The translations under genes and the position numbers were made by a program. Positions 40,031-52,754 of a stretch of 64,000 nt of DNA are shown here, piece after piece (the first letter of the stretch is position 1; each line of letters opens with the position of its first letter). This DNA comes from Octopus vulgaris (taxonomy: Eukaryota), in contig OX597816.1 of the NCBI GenBank assembly GCA_951406725.2, positions 101,060,001 through 101,124,000 of the forward strand, in the 5' to 3' direction. The notes under the pieces were generated by a model. That model was given only the letters and a program-made list of their open reading frames with translations. It searched no databases and had not been told where the DNA came from.

Positions 40031-41809
40031 AGAAATATATATATTTCCTTAGTGAATATCGTAAGAATCTTGGAGTAATAATTATTAAAGTAATTCGCGC
40101 GCGTGAATGTATTACATATAGTTATATACATATATACATACACACATATATACACATACAAACAAATTATATATATATATATATATGTGCACACACACAC
40201 ACAGAAGGAGAGAGCGTGTGAGAGAGAGAAGGGCTGATAGCAGAGAAGAAATAGCGAATGAAACTGAGAGTGAGAACGAGAGAACAATACATAAATACAT
40301 ACACATATGTACACACATGTGCGCGCGCATACACACCTTCACACACGCACACACACATGCCTTGGCATAATACTTCATAATAAGCAACATAACTGTTTCG
40401 GCTTTCTTAAAACTACAACGTCACAGCTTAGAACTAATCTGTAACGACATTCAGGATGTTTATAGCTTCCGGGGTCAGAGAGAAAGAAATTTTTTCTTTC
40501 CCCCGTTTGACATGTGGTAAACACATGTAAATTAAATATGTAAGAATGTAAATATGAAACAGTATGTAAATTATGTATATATATATATACATATATATCT
40601 ATATAGATATAGACGTACATATATCAATGAATATACTGAAATGTAGAAAATTGATAAATATATTAAATATGTAAATAGATGTTAATAAATAAATGCTGTT
40701 ACTCCTCTTACCAGGACTTGTGGAAGAAGTATGAAGAAATCCGAATAGATTCTTCCTTGTCCAGAACGTTCTTGCGAAAAAAAGAACGTAACCGGCGTGA
40801 CTGAGATAATAACGAAAAAGAAAAAAAAAACGAAAAGAAAAATGCAATAGCAACTATAACAACTTTTAGAACTATAACAACAACAGAAACAACTACATAA
40901 AGTTGACCTAACCCGAAGAAAATGTAACAAGAATTTAAAAACAAAAGCAAAACGTAAAAAAAAAAGTAACAAATGAACAGCAAATAAAAACAAAAAAAAC
41001 CTCATCACTCTCTAGATTGGCTTAATTGTGCGCAAATGAGATAGATTAGATAGATTCAGCTAGAAGCCAAATCTGGATTCGTACTTATAAAACAAGCTTA
41101 ATCCAAGTCAGCTGTCTAATCTGACCAGACTATCATGTGTGTGTGTGTGTGTGTGTGTGTACGCACGCACACAGATATGCTTATGTATGTATATATGTAT
41201 CTATGAATGTATGTGTTACCACCGAAAGAGCCGATCAATCTCGGCAACATCACCACCACTATCGAGTCTAGTGGCACCTGGCTAGTTGCAGTGTCTGACA
41301 TTTTAAGTTTTGTTTTCCGTAAGTCTTAAGTGAAACACAGACAACTTAAAGCGAAGATACTATCTCTGACGCCGTTTGTTTAAGTCGTTCACAAATGTTT
41401 TATCTATTTATTCATTGATATATATATATACATATACATATATATATATATTTGTTCAATAATTCGAGGGTGGATTAGCTCAATGATCTTGTTCTCTACT
41501 CACACTCTCTCATACACATTCATACATCCACATTTTCATATATCGATACATGGATAAGTTAATGTGCTTGTATGAATACACACACACACACACATAAACA
41601 TATATATATATATATATATGCATACATAGTTCGAAAGAACTTAGTGGCCAGACCATATAGGGTCTACATTTAGCATATAAGCAGTCCACCTATGGTCATT
41701 CCTCTCTTATATGATGTAATATAATTTTCTGAATCTTCAGATTTTTTTTCAATATGCTAGGTCACTGGTTTAAATTGATATTAATCTAATTAATAGCAAT
41801 CTTTTACCC

Positions 41810-41871
<62 letters not shown>

Positions 41872-42153
41872 TATATGCATGATATATATTTATATACATC
41901 TAGATATTATATAATATATATAATTCGCGATAACATTCAGTAATAGCTTTTAGCGGTATAATTCAAGTTTAATTCAAATAGGTATAAAGTCATTAGCACC
42001 AACAGCCTATTGAATTGTTAATTATATATTTAGCGAAGATGTACTATAATTGTATGGCCAAGGTCTTTGTGCATCTTTCAACTTGAACACACACACATAT
42101 TACAAAGAGAACGACAGAGAAGAGATATATAGATTTGTGCATACATGATGTAT

Positions 42154-42242
<89 letters not shown>

Positions 42243-42855
42243 GTTAAGTGTGGGTTTTAGCCACTTAGTCAAAAGAGGACGAACAGTACCAATGACCTAT
42301 TTTCTGTGCTTCTGTTGACTGATAATGGCGGGAAGTGGCTCGGATGCTAGCAGTAGGATTGGCTCCGCTGAAGGCATCCCTAGGCATAGCGATGGTGCGA
42401 AACAGGGTGGTAAATCATTTTTATCGCTCAAGACAGGCAAAATTTCATATACATGCCTCGAGTCTATCCATGGCTGTAGTAGAAGACTCTCAACAAAATA
42501 CTGTACTGTAGGATTGATCCTGAAACCCCATGACCTTGTCTGCGATGTAAAGTACACTTACGTTATATCTGTGCGTGTGTGATGCTTAATAAATTCTTGT
42601 CGATTGTGATAGAATGGCGTAAAGAATCCCGTCAGTTGCGCTCAATTTCTGATTCTCCTAAAGGGAGACCTTGTGGCTCTTGAGCCGCTCTAATACTAAA
42701 ACTACTATTAAAGATTAAACTAAGCTTACAGGTGTGTGTGGAGGGATTTATTTCAATGATTAAACGCTGAAAAATTAGGACCCTCAAATCAACGTGGGGG
42801 GCCTAAATCAGATGTCAACTTCTATAAATTGCATGGGTAAATGAAATTGTGTTCC

Positions 42856-42898
<43 letters not shown>

Positions 42899-43954
42899 AT
42901 AACATCTGCTGTCAAATAACGAGTTGGTTTAGCCTGATAATGTATAGTAGTATTACAAGCGTTTGGTATATGAATGGACCAAGAACGAAAGAAAGAATAA
43001 ATTGGTCACTCTGTATACCAAAGGAAAATATAACTAAGATAGTGAAAAATATTTTCGAAATGCTTTCGATGCGCGATATAAGTTTGGGTCGTTTAAACAT
43101 TTGTCGGAAGCTATATAGTAGATGAACTCACATGAACAAAAAAAACTTTTCAGTTTATCAAAGCGAGATATTTAAACACTGGAGATCGACATAGATTTGA
43201 ACAACAAGTGCTTTGACTATACTTCCATTGCAATTAAGCAAACGAGGGAAAGTGGACTCTAAATGCAACGTAAAGTTATCTCGCAAGACACATCTCCAAG
43301 GACTTGTCCTTTATTAGCTGTTATCGAAGCACCTCTTGGTGTTCAGAATTTCTTGTTCATTAGGGAGCCTCACTTCCCACAAAACTCAAGGAACCATGCT
43401 TCCTATTCGCACTTAAATCTCTATTTCGAGTTTAAAGAAATGTTTTTCTCCCTGCTTCTACCTCCTCCAAATCAAACGCCACCCAGAGTTTTTTTTTATA
43501 TCTACGATCCCTGTGTACTCTTTAGTGATTAGTTCCCTACTACTGACAATCACTAAATGTAATCTCACCAGCCAGATTCTACTGTCCGTTGTTATATGCT
43601 ATGAGCATGATCATAAGTGTATTTGTTTGTGTGTCCCTATCTCAAATGTTTATATATTTTTGTGGTCATGTCTCTGTTTATTCCGCTTGCCTTTCTTCTC
43701 TTTCAGGTTTTGACCGATCATTTTATCATTGTTGCGTCTGCAAGGTTTATTGTTTACATTATTATGTTATCATTCATGCCCCTTCTTAACTTCTCACGGC
43801 CATTCCTTTTTGCTTTACTCTCGTCTGCTCTTCTTGCCGCTATTTTCTTTTCTCTCTCCGCTTTAATCCAAACACATGTCTCTCTTCTCTGTTTTCATTC
43901 ACTTCTTTGTTGTAATCTCTTTCTCGGATTGCAACCTTCCAGTGACTAGATCAC

Positions 43955-44183
43955 TAGGTTACTAGTATATATCTATATCGCACCTTCCATGTGCCTTCAC
44001 GGTCAAGAAAACAATGAAAGCCGTAATATTTCATCGTCGCAAATGCGCAACGAAAAGCGAGTAGTGAATGATGTAGTCACTACTCGCTTTTCGTTGCGAC
44101 GATGAAATATTACGGCTTTCATTGTTTTCTTGGCCGTGAAGGTACATGGAAGGTGCGGTATAGGCATATATACTAGTAACCTA
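43955..44183. repeat. 229-bp palindrome, about 110-bp arms and 9-nt spacer
   Basis: taggttactagtatata...cgagtagtga / tcactactcg...tatatactagtaaccta; left arm has an 8-nt insertion. Confidence 0.97.
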
Positions 44184-45011
44184 TGGACTACGGCCTTCCC
44201 TAAATGTATCTGGTAAGTAGAATCATGGTCAAGCCATCGCTACTGGTCTTCTTCATAGTGAGAGCCTATGATAAGGAAGCATTACATCTTAAAACGAAAG
44301 AGGAGGGACGCAGAGAAGGTAGTCATACACGATAAGTGACAGACTCTGTATATTTGAAAAATAAAGTGAGGTAACTGAAACAACTCAACTGTGCCATCGG
44401 CACAGTTAAGAGTTGTTTTATTGAAGCAAAAATAAATAAATAAATAAAATTATGAACTAAAATTTCCCTCTTCGTTGGAGAGAGAAAACATGTCTATTAG
44501 ACCTCATCACCATAGAGGAGATAACGCAAGCTTATCTGTTCAGTTCTCAATGATTTTTACACTTAGAACATAATCTGAGAGAAATAACAGAAGTTATACT
44601 AGTCAATAGATATTTGTAACTCTATATCTTAAAAATATTTATCAGATGATCAGGAAGTCTTGTATAGACTATACTATGTTGTCGGTGTATAACAGATCAA
44701 AACATGTCTATAATTGTTCCTTGCCTGCAGACAAAAATCACACTACTCCTTCATAAATTAAGTGTAAGATGAAAATTATTGATATATTAAAATTATCTCC
44801 CCTTTTCTTTCAGTGTTCCTAACAATTGCCACAAGGCTCTTATCTTTCCCCAAATTTCTAATGCGTGCAGCTTTCAGTATATCGTCACTTTACAACCACG
44901 TAGTTTCAGTTTCAATCCCACTGCAGGCACCTTGTGCAAGTGTCTTATACTATAGATCCTGTTCAACCATATGCCTCATAACCCTTTTCCGCATCATATA
45001 GACTTATATGA

Positions 45012-45176
45012 TTGATTTCCCGGTTTCAGTGGTAGGAGTACTCATTTGTGCCAGCTGAGTGGACAGGAGAAACTTGAAATGAAATGTTTTGCTTAAGAAC
45101 ACAATGCATCACCCGGTCCAGGAACCGAAACCACAATCTTACGTTCGTGAGTCCGATACCGTAACAACTAAGCCAT
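45012..45176 (-). mobile_element. tRNA-derived SINE, third family, nested in a family A copy (about 44885-45435)
   Basis: Reverse head ggcttagttgttacggtatcggactcacg..ggtttcggttcctggac; flanked by the 5' and 3' halves of family A. Confidence 0.7.
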
Positions 45177-46749
45177 ACACCTAAACACACATACACACAT
45201 GCGTGTGCGTATATATGTGTATGCGTTTGTCTTCGTGCTTGTGTTTGTACTTCAACGCCACTAAACAACCAGCGTTAGTGTGTTTATGTCCCCGCAACTT
45301 AACGGTTCAGCAAAAAAGGATGATAGAATAAGTACAGCGTTAAATGTTAGTACAAGGTTCGATTTGTCCGACTAAACCCTTTAAGACGGTACTCCAGCAT
45401 AGCTGCAGTTCAATGACTGAAACAAGCAGAAGATTATATATATATAAGTCTAACTGCAACACTGGGAAGGATGAAAATACATTTCTTTCAAGTCTTCGGT
45501 GTGCAAAAACAGAAAAAAAAAGGATGCGGAGTGTTCTGACGTACCATTTCATGGACTTTTGAGGAGGTGATACTCAAAGAAACCGTACCCCGTGTGCTTC
45601 CGCAATGAATACCATTATATATTTATCTGTTACATAAAGCAGTCATAAATTAGTTTATCACCCTAATGGATAGCTTAATTTGCTCGTTTATGCTTTCGAT
45701 GGCTTGCCATTAATTAAAGAATATATAGTTTATGCGCAAAGCAAAGTAAACCGGAAGAGCTGATATAAATCAAACGCAGAGAAGAGATGCTTTTACAATC
45801 TCATGCCTCTGGTAGCTGGGCTTTCCAATATTTAAATTCAGTTGAGTTCTGTTTGCAGGAACATCCAGAAAGAACAGTCAAATTTCTCTCAAGTTACACC
45901 TCATCACCTTCAAAATGGAGCCATTCGCGACCATCCGCACTTACGACAACAAAAAAATAAAAATAAAAGGATAAGTAAATAAATCGATTATCCGACGTTG
46001 GGCAGCTTCACGTACGATAACTATCCCAGCAACAGGCAACGCATGCCTCCCTCAGACCCAGGCATATACTACCTGCCACTGTCTCTCACTCAGTCGCTTT
46101 GAAGCATAATTTGCATGAATGAAAATAGTGTTGAAAAATATAAATCCGACATACAACCAGATCAACTTACGACCTGTCAGTCGGAACTGAACTCGTTCGT
46201 AAGTTAAGGAGAAGGCATATTGGACACTCTGGCCATAGATATGCAATGTGGGAAAATATCGGAATGCTCAGAGCTGGGACACGTTTATGATCATATCTCA
46301 GCTCAGGGTTGATCTAGGGCTAAAAAAACAACAAAATGATTATTTCTTTCCAGTGACGACTAGGGGATCAACTATCTTCCCTTTCAAGCAGACCTTTGGT
46401 CGCATAAATTGTTGTCTACCGTGATTTTGTTTTTCATTAAGAAGGCTTTTAAAATTAATCCGTTTATCCTCACTTAATATGAGCAGGATTATTTCTAGAA
46501 AGATCGTATGGAGAGATGACTATGTTGTTACAAAGACGGCTATAACTATAAGATTAGACAATTAAAAGATCATTTGGCAGTACAATCTTCGAGGTAACCA
46601 TTAAGTTAATCTACCGATTAACTGCGAAAAGATAATTACTTTGTATATACTCAGTATTTTGAACATCAGAATGACGCTCTTGCTAGTAAAATATAATGAA
46701 ACTCTAAAGTGAATATTTTCATTTCCCCTTCCTTTCTCTCACTGAACAA

Positions 46750-46810
<61 letters not shown>

Positions 46811-47170
46811 TTCACACGCACGCACACACACACACGCAGACACACGCGTGCAAGCGCATACACAAGAGGAAAACATACACTAATTTATGTATGTGTTTGT
46901 GTGTGTGTGTATTTACATGCATATGTATGTGTAGATACATATGCATGTATATTGATCGTGTAAAGAACGAACATGATTCAAACCGTGTTCAAAATTTCGG
47001 CTTTGGTTCAATACAGATTCTTATACAGGAAATAGATTCTGAAGACTAACTGGAGAAGTACTACAATGTGTTTATTTTCAAAAACAACACACAACCACAT
47101 TCTCATTTTACTTTCTGCTTCCACTCCCACCTCGTTCACTTTCTTACTCTCTCTCCTACTCTCTTTCTTC

Positions 47171-47266
<96 letters not shown>

Positions 47267-47439
47267 GTATATATTGTGCGTGCGTGTATGTATGTGTGTA
47301 CACATATTTATATATTGTAAGTTTATCTATACAGATTTTTTTTATAGAATTTAGAGTCATCTCTGCCAGCTGCGACGTTCAGTATACGAATACGCTGATG
47401 TAAACTATGCAACCGAACATAAGAAAATTACGTAATTGG

Positions 47440-47482
47440 AGTATATACATATTTCGGGAGTTATTGCTCCTTCTTCAGCACC
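47440..47482 (-). ncRNA. Minimal type I hammerhead ribozyme, slightly decayed
   Basis: ggug-CUGAAGA-a-ggag-caauaa-cucc-c-GAAA-uaugua-UA-uacu: intact core boxes, 4-bp stem II, 4-bp stem I with two G-U pairs. Confidence 0.7.
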
Positions 47483-47622
47483 ACATTAAAAAATACATTG
47501 CTTAAATAACTACTAAGCTTAGCGATGTGACAAAAAGATGGATAGACTAATTTACACATTCAACACATTCCCGGAAACTGGTAATTACGTATTAATTGCT
47601 GGGAAGAACATCGCAGTTCGTT

Positions 47623-47930
47623 TTGCAACCATAATATACGACCAAGTATATTAAAGTTTATAATTCAATAGTGTGTCCTACTTTGTGTTAGCAGTGCATT
47701 GTTTTCATTTTTAAGAGTAACTCTTTAGAATTTAGAGCCAGCATATTAAATTACATATCAAACATATTCTTGGAATATACGAACTGTAACTTTTAGTGCT
47801 GGCTTTAAATTCTACAGAAAGGCTATAGAGATACACATAAAAAAGTGAAAACAACGCACTGCAAACACAAACTAGGACACAGTATTGACATATAAACCTT
47901 CAATATACTTGATAATATATATTATGATTA
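47623..47930. repeat. Diverged about 300-bp foldback inverted repeat
   Basis: caagtatattaaagtttata..tgtgtccta.tttgtgtt.gcagtgc.ttgttttca..tagaattta.agccagca mirrored at 47785-47911; spacer about 30 nt. Confidence 0.88.
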
Positions 47931-48070
47931 CATTTCTCAACGAATCTTTACAAAATTTTCAAAACGTATCGGGCTTAGAGCTCAAGAAATTGTTGCCATG
48001 AAAACAACGGCTGATAAATGTCATTGTATATAAACAGTTAATGACATTTACCATTATATATAAACAGTCT

Positions 48071-48268
48071 TAGAGCCGTTAGCATGCTGGATAAAATGCT
48101 TGGCGGCATTTTGTCTGTCTTTACGTTCTGAGTTCAAATTCAGGGGAGGTCGATTTTGCCTTTCATCCTTTTGGGATCGATAATATAAACGCTAATCAAG
48201 TACTGGGGTTGATGTAATCCACTAACTCCTCCCCAAATTTCAGGACTTGTGGATTATTATTATTATTT
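48071..48268 (+). mobile_element. SINE family B
   Basis: cgttagcatgctgg..gttctgagttcaaattc..cctttcatcc..aaatttcagga..(att)n. Confidence 0.85.
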
Positions 48269-48650
48269 TTTAAATTATTATTTGTTTGATTTTGCTTTGT
48301 ATTTGTACAAGTTGACTCCAAATCTCATCCAGAGACCGCAAGAGACAAAAATTTAGAAGTTCAAGTTGGTGTTATCCCTAAGGTGTCATATATTTGGTTT
48401 TGCAAAACATAAGAACATTATAAGTTTGTTTTAAAATTTCAGATTACATAGACAGTACATTACTTAGGATATGGGCAGTTCCCGTGAGCATTATCTTTTG
48501 AATTTCTGTCATTTTGGGGTTTACCAGTATCTGAGCTAGGTAGGAATCAGCCCCTTTTGCTATCATTCCTAGGGCACCTATGACAACAGGTATTGTTTTA
48601 GTTTTGAGGCGCCACATCTGGCCAATTTCTATTTCAAGATCTTTATGCAA
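48253..48650 (-). mobile_element. Short R4/Dong LINE 3' end sharing the (TAA)n tract with the SINE tail
   Basis: KDLEIEIGQMWRLKTKTIPVVIGALG...GTAHIL..VLSM*, then 3' UTR and taataa. Confidence 0.88.
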
Positions 48651-48997
48651 GATCTTTATATAGCTGAATCTAGAAGCAAGTGCTCGAAGTATAATTACTT
48701 CAGTTACGACAGTAATTCATTTGAAAACATGAAGTTCACCTATTCACTGTGTGTAACATTAAAAAAGGTATGATAGTTACACATTAATTCTTTCCTAAAT
48801 TTGAGAAACTGCAGGAGTTACTGGCCAACAAATTAGAATGAGATAGTTTCTCCGGGTTCCATTTCTGGATTAAGTTCTATATAATTGATGTAGCTAATTT
48901 AATTGGGATAAACACTTTAACGTAAATTATGCCGTTTACATCTCTCTCTCTCTCTCTCTCTCTCCACCCCTCAATGTGTGTGTGTGTAAAACAGAAT

Positions 48998-49044
<47 letters not shown>

Positions 49045-49626
49045 AATATGGCCATGATGGATATAGAACAGTCTCTTTATGGTCACCAACTTCGCTTTTT
49101 TAAGCCTTAATCTATTCCACCTTGCATCTTTTTACTATCCCTAAAACAGGTCAGATAATTATCTTTACTATCCAATACACTGATAAACTTTCCTTCAGTT
49201 GTAGAAACAATGAGACCGTGACTACTTGCGGACAGTGCTCAAATCCACAGAAGGCACTTTGTGGTGCTTCTGAGAACAATTGTCTCATTTCGCCTAATTA
49301 TCAGGAACTTTTATCAGATCAGCAGGTGATTTTACCGGGAATACATTGGCTTTCTTAAGAAATCAATGCTAAATACTTGGATCCCGAAATTACCTCCAAC
49401 CAACATATTCCATTTAACGTTCTTCCATTAAAAAAGAAACGAAATTTACAAAAATCTTCGAGAACTCGTAAATAATTGCAATTGCTTCCATAGATCTCTT
49501 ACCTAGACACGAGGCATTTATGCATATATGCATGATATGTGTATATATATATATAAGAGAGAGAGAGAGACAGACAAACAGACAGAGACAGAGTTGGGGA
49601 AGGAAAGAAAGAAAGAAAGGAAGGAA

Positions 49627-49672
<46 letters not shown>

Positions 49673-51737
49673 AAAGAGGGAAATCATATAATTGTAGTAC
49701 CTATTTCATCCACATGAAGCAGCAGGAGAGAGTCTAAGATAACTAGACGGAACTTGAACTAATAATGTTGGGAGGAGCGGGTCGAAATATTGTAAATTGC
49801 ATAGTCTGGTACTTTATCCATTACTATCCACTTAATGCCTTTATATATTGTCATTGTTGATGTGGCGTAACTTCACTGGCATCACGAAATTTCTTCATAG
49901 AACATAGAAATGTCATAATGTCTCTAATAATCACATTACCTTATAAAATTAAGAAAAATGTAGAACCCAAGTAGCTTTGTAAATAGATGAGCAGTGTAGA
50001 TAATACTCATCCAAAGCCTCATGATGGAACTTACTTAAGGACTGGTAGTTAGATTCTGTGTTATGCCAGTTATTGTGTGATACATTAATGTTTTTATGTA
50101 CGGTGTATGAACATCGCCTTTAGGATTTTCAGATGACCTAGTATAAATTACTGGTACCTTGATGGTCTGAAACTATGCTGAATCAAATATTTTGCTTTGA
50201 AAGAAACAAAACAAAATGCTTACTGTATGTTTTATTACATGGTATATGAGCATGAAGTAAAATATGTCATCGACTTCATTCTCGCTTCACCTATAGTGGG
50301 TATAATCACTGAAAGTAACTTACAGATATTTATTTTTCCCATTTCTAAGGGATAAAGATAAAACTCAAGTTTAATGGTAAGAAGGGAGTAATGAATCCAC
50401 CTCGTCAGACTCATTACTCTTTGCTTCTGCGAAATCTTTGCTTCTGCAAAATCACAGCTTTGTTACTATTATCGTTATTTGCTTTATCTTTTCATTATTT
50501 ATCTACAACCACGCGAAGGCGTGGGTCGGAATGGTTGAAACAAATTAAAGAGCATTTGAAATAAAATTCCTCTGCAAAGTTAATATCATACCATATATTA
50601 TACTCACCCAAAGTCACTTTCATCCGTTCTTTATATCATATACTGCTATACTTATAAGAGCTATTCTCCACACGCTCATCGCCCTCACTACACATAATCA
50701 ACAAGTCATTCTGCGTTTACTCATAACAAATACAAATTTCACCGTTGACACTGATTGAACTTTCAAATATCATTTGTTTCAAAAATAAGCAGTAGGTTTT
50801 AGATGGAAGTCAAAACCTGGTGATGGCAGTAAAAGCATAATTAGAGGAATAAGTAAATAATTAAATAATTTTAAAGAGCAACAACAATTACAGCAACATA
50901 AATATCTGCAGAAGAAATGATTAGAACAAAATGCTAAAAATTAAGTAATAATGAAACGCGCAAGAAGAAAGTAAAATCGTGGCATGGGAAATCAAATCAA
51001 AACGAAACTAGAAAAAAAATCATTTAAATAACAAGAATCACAGAAGAAAAGACGGTTACCAGGGTGATGTGAAATGATGCTGCTATTGCTAAATTAGTTG
51101 TTAGTAGCAAGTGATTTTAGACTTACCAAGATTGAAACTATCAAATACTGTTATCTTAGTCTTTACTTGCAAGCGTCTGACTGAAATGTTGGTATGAACT
51201 GTAAACTGGTGTGATAGGTCTTATATAAAAGATCCAGAGAGTCGTAAATATTGTTTGTTTATCATGAATCTCTACAAGTCTGTCAAATATCCGACATGTA
51301 CTCCTACGCTACTCATGTTCATCATCATCTTTCAAGAAATAGATCATCCTTCAAGCAAATTATCTTTCCGCCCTGTCATCAAAACCCTGATATTTTATCA
51401 ACTTTTTTTCATTTATCTTCTTCTAGACTTAAGGTAATCACAATGACGAAACCATTGAAATGACACCGGAGAAAAAATCTCGTGGTGAAAATCAAAGCAT
51501 GGTTTATACACTTCAACATATGTATTGTTTATATTGTTTACGCCACAATCTCAGTTTTACTGCAAGGTTTATATGTTCAAGTTAAATTAATAGCATAAAG
51601 AGCTTCAATCTTCATTTCTTCGCCACACATTAATTTCTTTTTACTTTTTCGCTAGTGTTTCAACAAAAACAAATGTAATGAAACGCAAGAAATAGAAAAG
51701 GCTTCTGTTATGTAGTTATAAATTGTTTTTTCTTGTT

Positions 51738-52385
51738 TAACCCTAGATCAGACCTAACGAGATGACTTATGATCGAAGATATTCAAGTCGTGACCAGAAA
51801 GGCTTACTCTTATTTTGTTTTCTCAGATATAATGCATGAAGGATTACTTATCGAATATGTCATTCCATTTTTTAAGACGGGAAGATGATTTGAGGGAGAC
51901 TTACTTGCTAGTTCCTACAGGTCGAGCGATCGTGTAGAGGATCCTTATACTTGCTATTACTTCGCCCTGGATCAGTTGTGATCAACATTAAAATATGTTC
52001 CAGTCGTGACTACACTGTCCTTTTCCCTAAATTTTCAGATTTAGTATATGCTGTAACTCATTATTCAATGTTTAATTTTTGAAGTCGGTATGATGTGATG
52101 TGATAGAGATTTGGCTGCTATTTCTGGAAGGTTGTGGCTCTCTGAGATTTTAAGTATTTATATATAGTATATATTCTGCATAGTTCTAGCATTATTGATG
52201 AACTGTGACAGAATCTAAAATGAAGTATTTGCAAACGTTCACCGCCGCAATTATCTTACCTGTTACATATAAAAGTCGATGGTTACATTATCTACGTATC
52301 CTTCCACTTTAAGATGGTTGTGTATGATTTAAAGAAAAGTCGGCTGTTATTTTTCGGTGCCCGAGTAACCATATAGAGATTCTTT
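51738..52385 (+). repeat. Three decayed copies of a dispersed about 230-bp repeat containing gatttgagggagatttggctgctatttct
   Basis: Motif at about 51887, 52100 and 52327; related copies near 7925, 8440, 16010, 21790, 29520, 39118 and reversed near 32600. Confidence 0.7.
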
Positions 52386-52441
52386 CATTATCTCATATAG
52401 TTGTATGATAATTACACTTATCTTGTATAATTGTATGACAC

Positions 52442-52754
52442 TTACACAGCGTTGTTGCGTGACGGGTGGGCCGAGGGAACCATCTCGTTAATTGCGCGCC
52501 CTCCTCCCCGATAGTTCGAAGGCCTGTACCACGAGTCAGCTAGTTGGCTCTGGTTGCTGGAACTGAAAACTCACATGACTCTGTTGGAAGGCCTAAAGAG
52601 GGTGCGAGCCAAAGCAATGCGCCCTTCTCCTCCATTGGTCAGTAGACTGCGCCACCTGACAGTTGACGCGGACTGTTGAAGCTTAGATTGTGTCACGTGA
52701 CAGCTGGCGCTGGCTACTGGAGCGGGTTTAAAGGGAAATTTGGCAGGGTGGTTA
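52442..52754 (+). repeat. 313-bp direct repeat of the HERO 3' UTR segment 55231-55547
   Basis: ttaca.agcgttg..ggccgagggaaccatct..cacatgactctgttggaaggc..actgcgccacctgacagtt..cagggtggtta at both sites; roughly 85% identical by eye. Confidence 0.96.

Noticed and set aside
42335-42415. CUGAAG-gcauc...ggugc-GAAAC with a plausible stem I
   Set aside because: Core is one nucleotide short and no matching NUH or stem III could be placed.
49100-50200. Faint LINE-like peptides (LEVISGSKYL on minus; SVL..LL and SDDLV on plus), and TETIFKARHSF near 37740
   Set aside because: Too degenerate to assign without a profile search.
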